Below are positions 48,163-55,470 of a stretch of DNA of 64,000 bases, piece after piece. A model generated the notes under the pieces. It worked only from the letters and a program-made list of their open reading frames with translations. It did not search any database and was not told the origin of the DNA. Source of the stretch: Anaerolineales bacterium (lineage in GTDB: Bacteria; Chloroflexota; Anaerolineae; Anaerolineales; UBA11579). How positions within the stretch are numbered: position 1 is the first letter of the stretch; every line of letters begins with the position of its first letter. The position numbers and the translations under genes were made by a program. The stretch covers positions 9,369 to 73,368 of the forward strand of contig DAOMSJ010000002.1 in the NCBI GenBank assembly GCA_035446285.1. The letters are read 5' to 3'.

Positions 48163-48182
48163 CGTTGACCGGAAGGCCGAAG

Positions 48183-48866
48183 CTACGCTTCGGGCGAGAA
48201 TTCCATTGTGCCGCCATCGCCGCCCAGGTGCAGCTCCAGCACGCCGTCAGCGGTGAGGCTGTAGCTCTCCACCAAGCCAAGCTGGGCGTAGAAGTCGCCG
48301 TCGCTGGAGCCTTCACAGAACATCATCGTGGTGATCAGCATGGGGAAGCTGAGCTGGCGTTGCGGGCCAACCACAAAGCCGCCACCGCCCCCATTGCAAT
48401 CAGTTTCCACGCTGACATTGCCAGAGCGGTCAAAAGTGAGCACGAATGCATCCGCCGTGCTGGGCTGCGTGGTCTGGCCGTTGGCTACGGTCTGCAGCCA
48501 CACCCAGCGCGTGCCCAGCAGCTGGCTGATAGGCTGCAGCGCCAGGCCGGCCGGGCTATCGCCGCCACGGTCATCCACCAGCACCAGCGAGTCATCCTCT
48601 TCACGGGCAAAGTTGAGAATGCGGTTGTCCAGCTTCACTTCCAGCGTGTCATCGCTGCCGATCCAGGTGCCTTGCAGCGCGCCATTTGGCTGGGCATTCT
48701 CAGCCACCTGTGACCAGTTGGCGTTGCCATTGCCATCCAGACTCAGGCTAAAGATCTGCGCGTCCTGATTGGCCTGATACTGACCAGGGTACCCGCCGTC
48801 GGGGGCGGCGCCACAACCAGCCACTATGAGGGCCGCCAGGGCGAAAACAGCAATGCGCTTGTACAT
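48183..48866 (-). CDS. lipoprotein with META (HslJ-like) domain
   Basis: Track start trimmed to ATG 48866, preceded by AAGGAG. Lipobox ALIVAGCG. LTFDRSGNVSVETDCNGGGGGF and MMFCEGS blocks. Confidence 0.6.
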   Translation of the reverse strand: MYKRIAVFALAALIVAGCGAAPDGGYPGQYQANQDAQIFSLSLDGNGNANWSQVAENAQPNGALQGTWIGSDDTLEVKLDNRILNFAREEDDSLVLVDDRGGDSPAGLALQPISQLLGTRWVWLQTVANGQTTQPSTADAFVLTFDRSGNVSVETDCNGGGGGFVVGPQRQLSFPMLITTMMFCEGSSDGDFYAQLGLVESYSLTADGVLELHLGGDGGTMEFSPEA

Positions 48867-48935
48867 AGCTCTCCTTGCTTTAGTGCAAATCATGTGCCCC
48901 AGATGATACTGCGCGGGGCGGCAGATGGTAAAGAT

Positions 48936-48963
48936 ACAAAAAGCGACCCCTCACAGGGTCGCT
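48936..48963 (-). terminator. intrinsic terminator of rpsU
   Basis: Minus strand reads AGCGACCC tgtgag GGGTCGCT followed by TTTTT. Confidence 0.7.
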
Positions 48964-48976
48964 TTTATGGTTAAGT

Positions 48977-49204
48977 CTAGGCAGAACCGGAAGAGGTAGG
49001 CCTTGGCTTGGGCTTCCAGCCAGAGAGCCGGCGCTGCGCTTTGCGGATTGCTTTTTGCTTTTCCATGCGGCGCTGCTCATTGGGTGAAATGAACCAGCGC
49101 TTGCGGCGCACCGTGCTCAGCACCTTGCTGCGGGCCACTTTCTTACGAAAGCGCTTCAGCAGGGAACCTTGCGACTCGCCGGGCCTTAGAACGACCTTGG
49201 GCAA
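48977..49204 (-). CDS. rpsU: 30S ribosomal protein S21
   Basis: Track start 49273 trimmed to TTG 49204 (MPKVVLRPGESQ.., with AAGGTGG upstream). SLLKRFRKKVARSKVLSTVRRKRWFISPNEQRRMEKQKAIRKAQR. Basic C-terminal tail. Confidence 0.75.
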   Translation of the reverse strand: MPKVVLRPGESQGSLLKRFRKKVARSKVLSTVRRKRWFISPNEQRRMEKQKAIRKAQRRLSGWKPKPRPTSSGSA

Positions 49205-49338
49205 ACTTAACACCACCTTTCCATTGTGGACTGCCGCCTGCTCACATAAACACGGCGTTCTTGCGAACGCCATACAAATACAGCCGGAAGCGCAGAGATT
49301 ATAACACGGCGCATACCGCCTGGGCGTATAATGCCTGA

Positions 49339-51063
49339 ATGACCAATAAAGAGCTGGCCGATACCTTTTTACTGATTGCCCATCTGCTCGAGATCAAGGG
49401 CGAGGTGGTCTACAAGACCCTCGCCTACCGCAAAGCCTCTGAAAACCTCACCAATTTAGGCCGGGATGTCAATGTGATCTGGCAGGAAGGCGGCCAGAAG
49501 GGACTTTTGGAGATTCCCGGGGTTGGCAAGGCCATCGCCGAGAAGATTGATGAGCTGCTCAGCACCGGCCAGATGAGCTTCCTCGAGAAACTCAAGAAGG
49601 AAGTGCCCGAAGAGCTAGCCAGCCTGCTGAGCATTCCTGACCTTGGCCCTAAGAAAATTGCCATGTTCTACAAAGAGCTGGGCATCAAGAGCATCGACGA
49701 GCTCAAGGCTGCGGCGCTAGAGGGCAAACTGCGTGACCTGCCCGGCATGGGTGCCAAGTCTGAGGCCAAGATCCTCACCGGCATCGAGGCGCTGGGTCGC
49801 CGCAGCGGCCGCCTGCCGCTGGGCACGGTGTGGCCCTTCGCCCAGGAGCTGCTCGAGAGCCTGCGCAAGGTCAAGGGCGTGAAGCGCGCCGAGGTGGCCG
49901 GCAGCCTGCGCCGCATGCGCGCCAGCATTGGCGATATTGATATTCTGGTCTCCTCTACCGACCCCGAGCAGGTCATCAAAGCTTTTACTGAGGCGCCCAA
50001 TGTAGCGCGCGTCACTGGCAGCGGCACGGTCAAATCCGGGGTGGAGTTCCATAACGGGATGCGTGGCCAAATTTGGGTGCATGCGCCAGCACGCTTCGGC
50101 ACGGCGCTGCAATACGCCACCGGCTCCAAGGAGCACAACGTGCGCCTGCGCGAGATGGCGCTCGACCTCGGCCTCTCGCTGTCTGACCAATCCTTCCTCA
50201 AAGAAGACGAGAGCGAGATCCTGTGCGCCACCGAGGAAGAGGTCTACCAGTTGCTGGGCATGGACTGGGTGCCGCCCGAAATTCGTGAAGACCGCGGCGA
50301 GATCCAACTGGCGCTGCAAAAGAAGCTGCCCAAGCTGATCGAGGTCAAGCAGATCAAAGCCGAGCTGCACAGCCACACCACTTGGAGCGACGGCCAGCTC
50401 AGCATTCGTGAGATGGCGGAAGCCGCCATCGCCCACGGCTACAAGGTGCTGGCCGTTACCGATCATTCGGCCGCCATCGGCATCCTCAACGGGCTCACAC
50501 CAGAGAAGGTGCTGGAGCAGCGCAAAGAGATCGAACAGGTGCGCAAGGCGCTGGGCGACCAGTTGACCCTGCTGCATGGCGTGGAAGTTGAAGTGCGCGC
50601 CGACGGCACGCTGGACCTGCCCGATGAGGTGCTCGCCTCGCTGGATATTGTGGTGGCCTCGATCCACCAGAGCATGCGCCAGCCACGCGCCCAGATCACC
50701 GAGCGTATGCTGGCCGCCATCCACCATCCGCACGTGGACATCATCGGCCACCCCACCAATCGCAAGCTGCCCGACCGCGAGGGTGCTGACCTGGATATGG
50801 ACGCGGTGCTCAAAGCCGCCGCCGAAACCGACACGGCGTTGGAGATCAACGCCAACCCGGCCCGCCTGGACCTGGACGATGTGCAAGCGCGCCGCGCCAT
50901 CGAGATGGGCATCAAGCTGTCCATCAACACGGACGCGCACCACTCAGACCATATGGATTTCCTGTTTTACGGTGTGGCCACGGCGCGCCGCGGCTGGGTG
51001 ACCCCCAAAGATGTCATCAACACCTGGACAGCCAAGCAGCTCAAAGATTGGCTGGCGAGTTAG
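49339..51063 (+). CDS. polX: DNA polymerase X family protein with C-terminal PHP domain
   Basis: 574 aa. HhH N-terminus NKELADTFLLIAHLLEIKGE. Pol beta-like core GSLRRMRASIGDIDILV. PHP block ELHSHTTWSDG...VTDHS. Confidence 0.85.
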   Translation: MTNKELADTFLLIAHLLEIKGEVVYKTLAYRKASENLTNLGRDVNVIWQEGGQKGLLEIPGVGKAIAEKIDELLSTGQMSFLEKLKKEVPEELASLLSIPDLGPKKIAMFYKELGIKSIDELKAAALEGKLRDLPGMGAKSEAKILTGIEALGRRSGRLPLGTVWPFAQELLESLRKVKGVKRAEVAGSLRRMRASIGDIDILVSSTDPEQVIKAFTEAPNVARVTGSGTVKSGVEFHNGMRGQIWVHAPARFGTALQYATGSKEHNVRLREMALDLGLSLSDQSFLKEDESEILCATEEEVYQLLGMDWVPPEIREDRGEIQLALQKKLPKLIEVKQIKAELHSHTTWSDGQLSIREMAEAAIAHGYKVLAVTDHSAAIGILNGLTPEKVLEQRKEIEQVRKALGDQLTLLHGVEVEVRADGTLDLPDEVLASLDIVVASIHQSMRQPRAQITERMLAAIHHPHVDIIGHPTNRKLPDREGADLDMDAVLKAAAETDTALEINANPARLDLDDVQARRAIEMGIKLSINTDAHHSDHMDFLFYGVATARRGWVTPKDVINTWTAKQLKDWLAS

Positions 51064-51075
51064 CTTGCCAGCAGG

Positions 51076-51516
51076 TTAAGGTCCTGCTAGCAGCCAGCGA
51101 TCCAGCTGGCGCAAGAACGGGCTGACCTCTGCAGGTGGCAGCCAGCGGCTGGCGTGCTGCGGGTGACCCAGTAGCAGCAGGCCAATGCCTGCATCCTCAA
51201 ACACTACGGAGCTGCGATACTTGCTGAGGGCGCGCCGATACGAGGGCATATCAGGTTGCGCCGCGCCATACATATCCAGCACTAGCGCCAGCAGGCCGCT
51301 GGGCTGCTGCTGGCGGGCGGCCAGCAGGCGGTGCATGCCGTCTTCGAAGGCGCGCAAGTGCGCAAAGGCATCCGGCTGGGCTGCGAGCAACACCACAGCG
51401 AGTGCGCCAGCATCACCTTGATATTCAACGTCCAACTCTGTCGCTGTTTGGCTGGGCTGGTAACCGTGAGCGGCCAGAGCAACCTGGGCAGAGGCATACA
51501 ACTCCTCGCGCGTCAT
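51076..51516 (-). CDS. hypothetical protein
   Basis: 146-aa ORF. Its start forms an ATGA overlap with the GNAT stop. No motif recognised. Confidence 0.4.
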   Translation of the reverse strand: MTREELYASAQVALAAHGYQPSQTATELDVEYQGDAGALAVVLLAAQPDAFAHLRAFEDGMHRLLAARQQQPSGLLALVLDMYGAAQPDMPSYRRALSKYRSSVVFEDAGIGLLLLGHPQHASRWLPPAEVSPFLRQLDRWLLAGP

Positions 51517-52067
51517 GGCGCCAGCCGCTTGGCCATCAAGATGTCTGGCTTGCCGGGGCCATTCGCATCCGGCACTACGCCGATGAGGCTGTAGCCGAGT
51601 TTGCGGTAGAAGACGAACGGGTGGCCGCCACGGTCCTCGATGGCAGCCAGCTTGCTGAGTGGGTCAGGAAACAGGTCTTGCCCGCCGAGCGAAGTGATGT
51701 AGCTCTCATCATCTGAGCCCAGCATCATCACCAGGCCGCCGCGGGCGCGCACCTGCGCCTCAATGTCGGCTACCAGCGCACGGCCAATGCCCTGGCGCTG
51801 GTGCGCCGGCGCAATCGCCAGCGGATGCAGCTCCCACACGTTGCCATCGTATTCTGGGATGGCGCCCACCCAACCCAGCACCTGCTCGCCACGCACAGCT
51901 ACGCGGCACAGAGTCTCCTCGTTGAAATCGGCCAGCTCAGCTTCGGCCTCTGCCAGGCTTGGCCAGGCGCTGGGCCAATCTTTGGCGAACGCATCCACCA
52001 GGATCTGGGCCACCTGCTGGCGAGCAGCGGCAGGCAAGGTTGAGAGATCAATGATGGCAAAGTCCAT
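51513..52067 (-). CDS. GNAT-family N-acetyltransferase
   Basis: 184 aa. Acetyl-CoA pocket HQRQGIGRALV. Confidence 0.7.
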   Translation of the reverse strand: MDFAIIDLSTLPAAARQQVAQILVDAFAKDWPSAWPSLAEAEAELADFNEETLCRVAVRGEQVLGWVGAIPEYDGNVWELHPLAIAPAHQRQGIGRALVADIEAQVRARGGLVMMLGSDDESYITSLGGQDLFPDPLSKLAAIEDRGGHPFVFYRKLGYSLIGVVPDANGPGKPDILMAKRLAP

Positions 52068-52096
52068 ACAGAGATTATTGCATAAAGCGCGCCGCT

Positions 52097-52126
52097 GGGA
52101 GCAGGCGTCTGCAGCCGCCTGCTCCC
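52097..52126. terminator. 11-bp GC hairpin at the boundary between the phage-like module and GNAT (no U-run)
   Basis: GGGAGCAGGCG tctgcagc CGCCTGCTCCC. Confidence 0.3.
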
Positions 52127-52136
52127 ATAGTGTGTT

Positions 52137-52388
52137 TCAGTCAGTGAGCAGCTTGTACGCCAAGGTAGCCGCGGCCAGCACCTGGCCGAAGGCGGCCAGC
52201 AACTCTTGCGGCTCCAGGCTGCCAGCGCCAATCTGCTGGCTGAGCAGGCTGGCGGCCACGCCCAATACGGCGGCCACGGCCGTGGTCAGCCACATAGCGG
52301 CGCGGCCTTGGGTGCCCCAACGCTGCTTGAGCCAGTTCACCAAGGGCACGCCCAGCGCACCCACCAACCAATACAAAGTCTGTTCCAT
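52137..52388 (-). CDS. small two-TM membrane protein (holin-like by size and context only)
   Basis: Track start trimmed to ATG 52388, preceded by a GGGGGGA purine run. MEQTLYWLVGALGVPLVNWL and AAMWLTTAVAAVLGVAASLL spans. Confidence 0.4.
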   Translation of the reverse strand: MEQTLYWLVGALGVPLVNWLKQRWGTQGRAAMWLTTAVAAVLGVAASLLSQQIGAGSLEPQELLAAFGQVLAAATLAYKLLTD

Positions 52389-52430
52389 TTCATTCCCCCC
52401 TTTTAGATAGAAGACCACATCAGGCACTCT

Positions 52431-52631
52431 TTATCCCCTCCTTATCACCTCCTCGAGGCGCGCCAGGATACGTTCGCTCAACTCGCCCATTTGCTGCTCG
52501 TACAGGTTTAGAATGCGGTCAAGCACACTGCGCGCCACAACATCCCCTCGATAAAAAGCCATCACCATAAAGGCCAGCAAACCAATCACCCCAAGGGCGT
52601 TGATGGCCTCGAACAAGATTGCCAAGTCCAT
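52431..52631 (-). CDS. small one-TM membrane protein with coiled-coil tail
   Basis: ATG 52631 preceded by GGAGGTG at 7 nt. MDLAILFEAINALGVIGLLAFMVMAFY, then a charged helix. Confidence 0.4.
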   Translation of the reverse strand: MDLAILFEAINALGVIGLLAFMVMAFYRGDVVARSVLDRILNLYEQQMGELSERILARLEEVIRRG

Positions 52632-52683
52632 GCGTAACACCTCCACAAAATCTGCACTACAATCCCGCTAAGGAGATTGAGAA

Positions 52684-52956
52684 ATGGCTACCAAGAAAAC
52701 CGCAAAGAAGACTGCAGCAAAGAAGACCGTAGCAAAGAAACCCGCCACCAAGGCGGCTTCCAAGAGCACCAAGCCCGCCAGCAGCAAACCCGCCAAGCAG
52801 GAGGCCAGCGGCCGCTCCTTGGGCATTGGCATGGGTGTTGGCATTGCCCTCGGCGTAGCCCTGGGTCTGGCGCTCGACAACCTGGCGCTGGGTATCGCGC
52901 TTGGCGTAGCGATCGGCGCTGGCTCCGGCGCAGCCATGTCTGGCAGCAACAAGTAA
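52684..52956 (+). CDS. small protein with Lys/Ala/Thr-rich N-tail plus glycine-zipper membrane segment
   Basis: 90 aa. AAGGAGA Shine-Dalgarno 7 nt upstream. MATKKTAKKTAAKKTVAKKPATKAASKSTKPASSKPAK, then GIGMGVGIALGVALGLALDNLALGIALGVAIGAGSG. Confidence 0.6.
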   Translation: MATKKTAKKTAAKKTVAKKPATKAASKSTKPASSKPAKQEASGRSLGIGMGVGIALGVALGLALDNLALGIALGVAIGAGSGAAMSGSNK

Positions 52957-52959
52957 GCC

Positions 52960-53127
52960 ATGGCAGACACTCCTTCATCTCGCATCAACCCAGTGTGGTT
53001 TGGCTTAGGCATTGGCGTCACCCTGGGCCTGTTGCGCGGCGACATTGTGCCGGGCGTGATGGCCGGGCTAATCGCCTGGGCGCTCGCTATGGCCTACCTG
53101 CGCTACAAGCAGGTGAAGGACAGCTAA
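52960..53127 (+). CDS. small membrane protein (55 aa)
   Basis: Own translation, below the track's 60-aa cutoff: MADTPSSRINPVWFGLGIGVTLGLLRGDIVPGVMAGLIAWALAMAYLRYKQVKDS. It starts 4 nt after the previous stop. Its stop overlaps the stop of the convergent 53124 gene. Confidence 0.4.
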   Translation: MADTPSSRINPVWFGLGIGVTLGLLRGDIVPGVMAGLIAWALAMAYLRYKQVKDS

Positions 53128-53453
53128 CTTTCCGCACTCGGCGAAACCACCTGCACCCGCAGCTTACGCCGCTCGTGGTTGCCATCCACCACCGCAGCAA
53201 TCATCACTACATAGCTCGCGCCCCCATCTACATCGAGGGCGCGCAGCTTTTTAAGCGTCAGCACGCTGCCGGTGATGATGTGCGCATCGCCCGCATCCAT
53301 CGCCTCACTGGTGATATCCGCGCCGTTGCGATACACCGTGGCTTGCGCGGTGCTCACGCTGGTGGCGCCCTGCCAATCCACGCTGTAGGCAATCTGCTCG
53401 CCGGCCACCATGCTGACCGGGCTATCGATCAGCCACACACTTTTGTCTGCCAT
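53124..53453 (-). CDS. phage-module hypothetical protein
   Basis: 109-aa ORF starting 2 nt after the upstream gene stop. No motif recognised. Confidence 0.45.
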   Translation of the reverse strand: MADKSVWLIDSPVSMVAGEQIAYSVDWQGATSVSTAQATVYRNGADITSEAMDAGDAHIITGSVLTLKKLRALDVDGGASYVVMIAAVVDGNHERRKLRVQVVSPSAES

Positions 53454-53454
53454 C

Positions 53455-54825
53455 TCACCCTCCTGTGATCCGTTCAGCGGCCAACAGCGTCTTGCGGCGG
53501 CGGGCGCGCAGCTTGATGCGCGCGTCCTGCAAACGCACGCGCGGGCTGGGCTGCACCAGCGTGCCGGTGGCGCTGGGCACGGCGAAGTAATCCACTACCA
53601 GCGCCGGGCGCATGGCCAGCGTGCCATGCAGCCCTGAGGCCAGGCGCACATACTCATTGCCATTAGCGGGCGGCAGGTTGCCCGCGGCATCACGGCTGCT
53701 GCGCAGGCTGTAGTACGCTGTGGCGCCGGGCGCCAGCCAACTGATATCCAGCGGAGGGCTGGGCAACAGCACGCCAGTGCTCAGGCCACTGGTGTTGCGC
53801 CACACAGCATCCGCCGCGCCAGCCAGACACCCGTCATAGGCCGCCTCGCGGTTGCCATTGCTCAATGGATCCTGCGGCGCCCAGTTTTGTTTGACAATCT
53901 GCAGATCGAAATCGGCCAGTGCTGAAGAATCCCCCATGCAGGCCAGATGCAAATTGGCAGCGTATATCTCAGCCAGCAGATTCAATGAAGCCAGCGAGAA
54001 CTTGAGCAATGAGCGAAAAGCGTAGTAGCGCGGAATGGCAGACTCGTACGCCTGGCCAATGTACATATCCGCCGTGCCGACATCATACGAAACCGAGGTG
54101 CTGCGCGCCACATAGTAGTTGGTGGCATAGCCGGCAATGTTGCCATCACTGACCGCGCCAAAGAAGACGGAAGGGTCGATCACCAGCGGGAAGCTGGCGC
54201 GCGCTACATCCTCCATCGCCAGCCCGGTGAACTCTGTACCCTCTACAGAGAAGTGGTGCACGGCAAAAAACCGCCCTTCGGCATCCACAGCGCTGCCGGG
54301 CGAGAACAGCAAGCCCTGAGCATTGCCGCGGTGCACCGTTTCGTACACCAGATAGCCGCTTCTCTCCACACCATCTGGCGCAGCGGAGAGTATCAAAGAC
54401 TCTTTCACCCCGTGCTCGGTCAGGGTGAGCTCATGGCAAAAGACGCCAGTCTCACGGCGCAGGCTGCTGCCCACGGCACGGCCATCGGGCAGCTGTGCCA
54501 GCGGGGTGTATTCGCCATCGGCCAGCACGCCGACACTGCGCGTGCGCTGCTGGTAGGCGCTGCCTTCACTGAAACTCAGCGTGCCGTCCGGCGCCAGGCG
54601 CACCGCGGCGCCGGGCGCGCCCCAGCGCGCCGCGGCATCCTGGCGCAAGCCGAGGTCATAGGCCTGCCAGCCCTGCGCGCTGCGGAAGTGCTGCGGCGCG
54701 GCGGTGATGACTGCGCGGCGCACACCGCCGCCCAGCTCAAAGTGAGTGGCGTGCGTGCTGCGTGCCACCTCGCGCCCGGCCAGCTCTTCATTCTGTTCCA
54801 AAAATCCATCGATCCACGTTGTCAT
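53455..54825 (-). CDS. phage-module structural protein (tail-fibre/receptor-binding-like, speculative)
   Basis: Track start trimmed to ATG 54825, preceded by GAGGGAGGGAT. 456 aa. Size and position after the large protein suggest a distal tail component. No diagnostic motif. Confidence 0.45.
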   Translation of the reverse strand: MTTWIDGFLEQNEELAGREVARSTHATHFELGGGVRRAVITAAPQHFRSAQGWQAYDLGLRQDAAARWGAPGAAVRLAPDGTLSFSEGSAYQQRTRSVGVLADGEYTPLAQLPDGRAVGSSLRRETGVFCHELTLTEHGVKESLILSAAPDGVERSGYLVYETVHRGNAQGLLFSPGSAVDAEGRFFAVHHFSVEGTEFTGLAMEDVARASFPLVIDPSVFFGAVSDGNIAGYATNYYVARSTSVSYDVGTADMYIGQAYESAIPRYYAFRSLLKFSLASLNLLAEIYAANLHLACMGDSSALADFDLQIVKQNWAPQDPLSNGNREAAYDGCLAGAADAVWRNTSGLSTGVLLPSPPLDISWLAPGATAYYSLRSSRDAAGNLPPANGNEYVRLASGLHGTLAMRPALVVDYFAVPSATGTLVQPSPRVRLQDARIKLRARRRKTLLAAERITGG

Positions 54826-54842
54826 ATCCCTCCCTCGAAAAA

Positions 54843-54947
54843 AGTGATGAGCAAATAGTGGAGAGTGAGCAGGAGATTGTCCTAGACTTACTACCGCCAT
54901 ACCCGTTCACTGTTCACTTCCTCACGGCTCACTTTTACTACTCCCCC
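54843..54947. repeat. heptanucleotide-phased tract with partly complementary arms (AGTGATG AGCAAAT AGTGGAG AGTGAGC AGGAGAT ... TTCACTG TTCACTT CCTCACG GCTCACT TTTACTA)
   Basis: Parsed by eye. AGTGAGC and GCTCACT are exact complements. It shares TCACTGTTCACTTC and CCTCAC(C)GGCTCACT with the 14681 tract. Confidence 0.75.
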
Positions 54948-55363
54948 AGATAGATCACGCCCTCTGGGCTCCATTCCAGGTTGAAGTCTTCGCCGCTCAC
55001 GGTGTGATCACCGCCAAAGTTCATGTAGGCCAGCAGCGGGCTTGTGGACGGGCTGCCGCTGTCTTTGTAGAGCACGGCAGCGCGGGCAGTAAACGCCCCC
55101 ACCGGCCACACCACGTTATCGGCAAGCAAGGCGGCACGGTCATTGGCGTTGTCTTGCGTTAGCGAGACCGTGGTGAGCGCCTTGCCGCCAGCGGTGTAGC
55201 CAGTGCCAGTCACCTCATGGCTGATGTCTGCATAGAACTGGTGCGCGTCTTTATCAGCCACATAGGCATCCGTCACCAGTGCGGCACGCAGTGTATCGGC
55301 CAGCGGCTGCACTTGCCCTTTGAGCAGCGCCAGCTTGCCAGCGTTGTAAATGAAGCTGTACAT
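54938..55363 (-). CDS. phage-module hypothetical protein (141 aa)
   Basis: ORF bracketed by two heptad tracts. Composition matches the neighbouring module genes. No motif I can name. Confidence 0.5.
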   Translation of the reverse strand: MYSFIYNAGKLALLKGQVQPLADTLRAALVTDAYVADKDAHQFYADISHEVTGTGYTAGGKALTTVSLTQDNANDRAALLADNVVWPVGAFTARAAVLYKDSGSPSTSPLLAYMNFGGDHTVSGEDFNLEWSPEGVIYLGE

Positions 55364-55373
55364 ACAAGACCTC

Positions 55374-55470
55374 CTAAGCTATTAGCCATTAGCGTTCAGC
55401 GAAACCCAACAGCTACTAACGAATCTCCAATTACCAATCTCTAATTACTATTCCCCATCCTTTACTCGGT
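55374..55470. repeat. heptanucleotide-phased tract (TAAGCTA TTAGCCA TTAGCGT TCAGCGA ... TCTCCAA TTACCAA TCTCTAA TTACTAT)
   Basis: Parsed by eye. It shares TTAGCCATTAGC, TCAGC, TAACGA and TCTCCA-TT blocks, in the same order, with 60249-60339. Confidence 0.75.

Noticed and set aside
52668-53045. 125-aa minus-strand ORF and the 263-aa plus-strand ORF 52677..53468
   Set aside because: They are alternative frames or strands of the two small plus-strand genes and the 109-aa gene. They lack ribosome-binding sites and have Pro/Arg-rich shadow composition.
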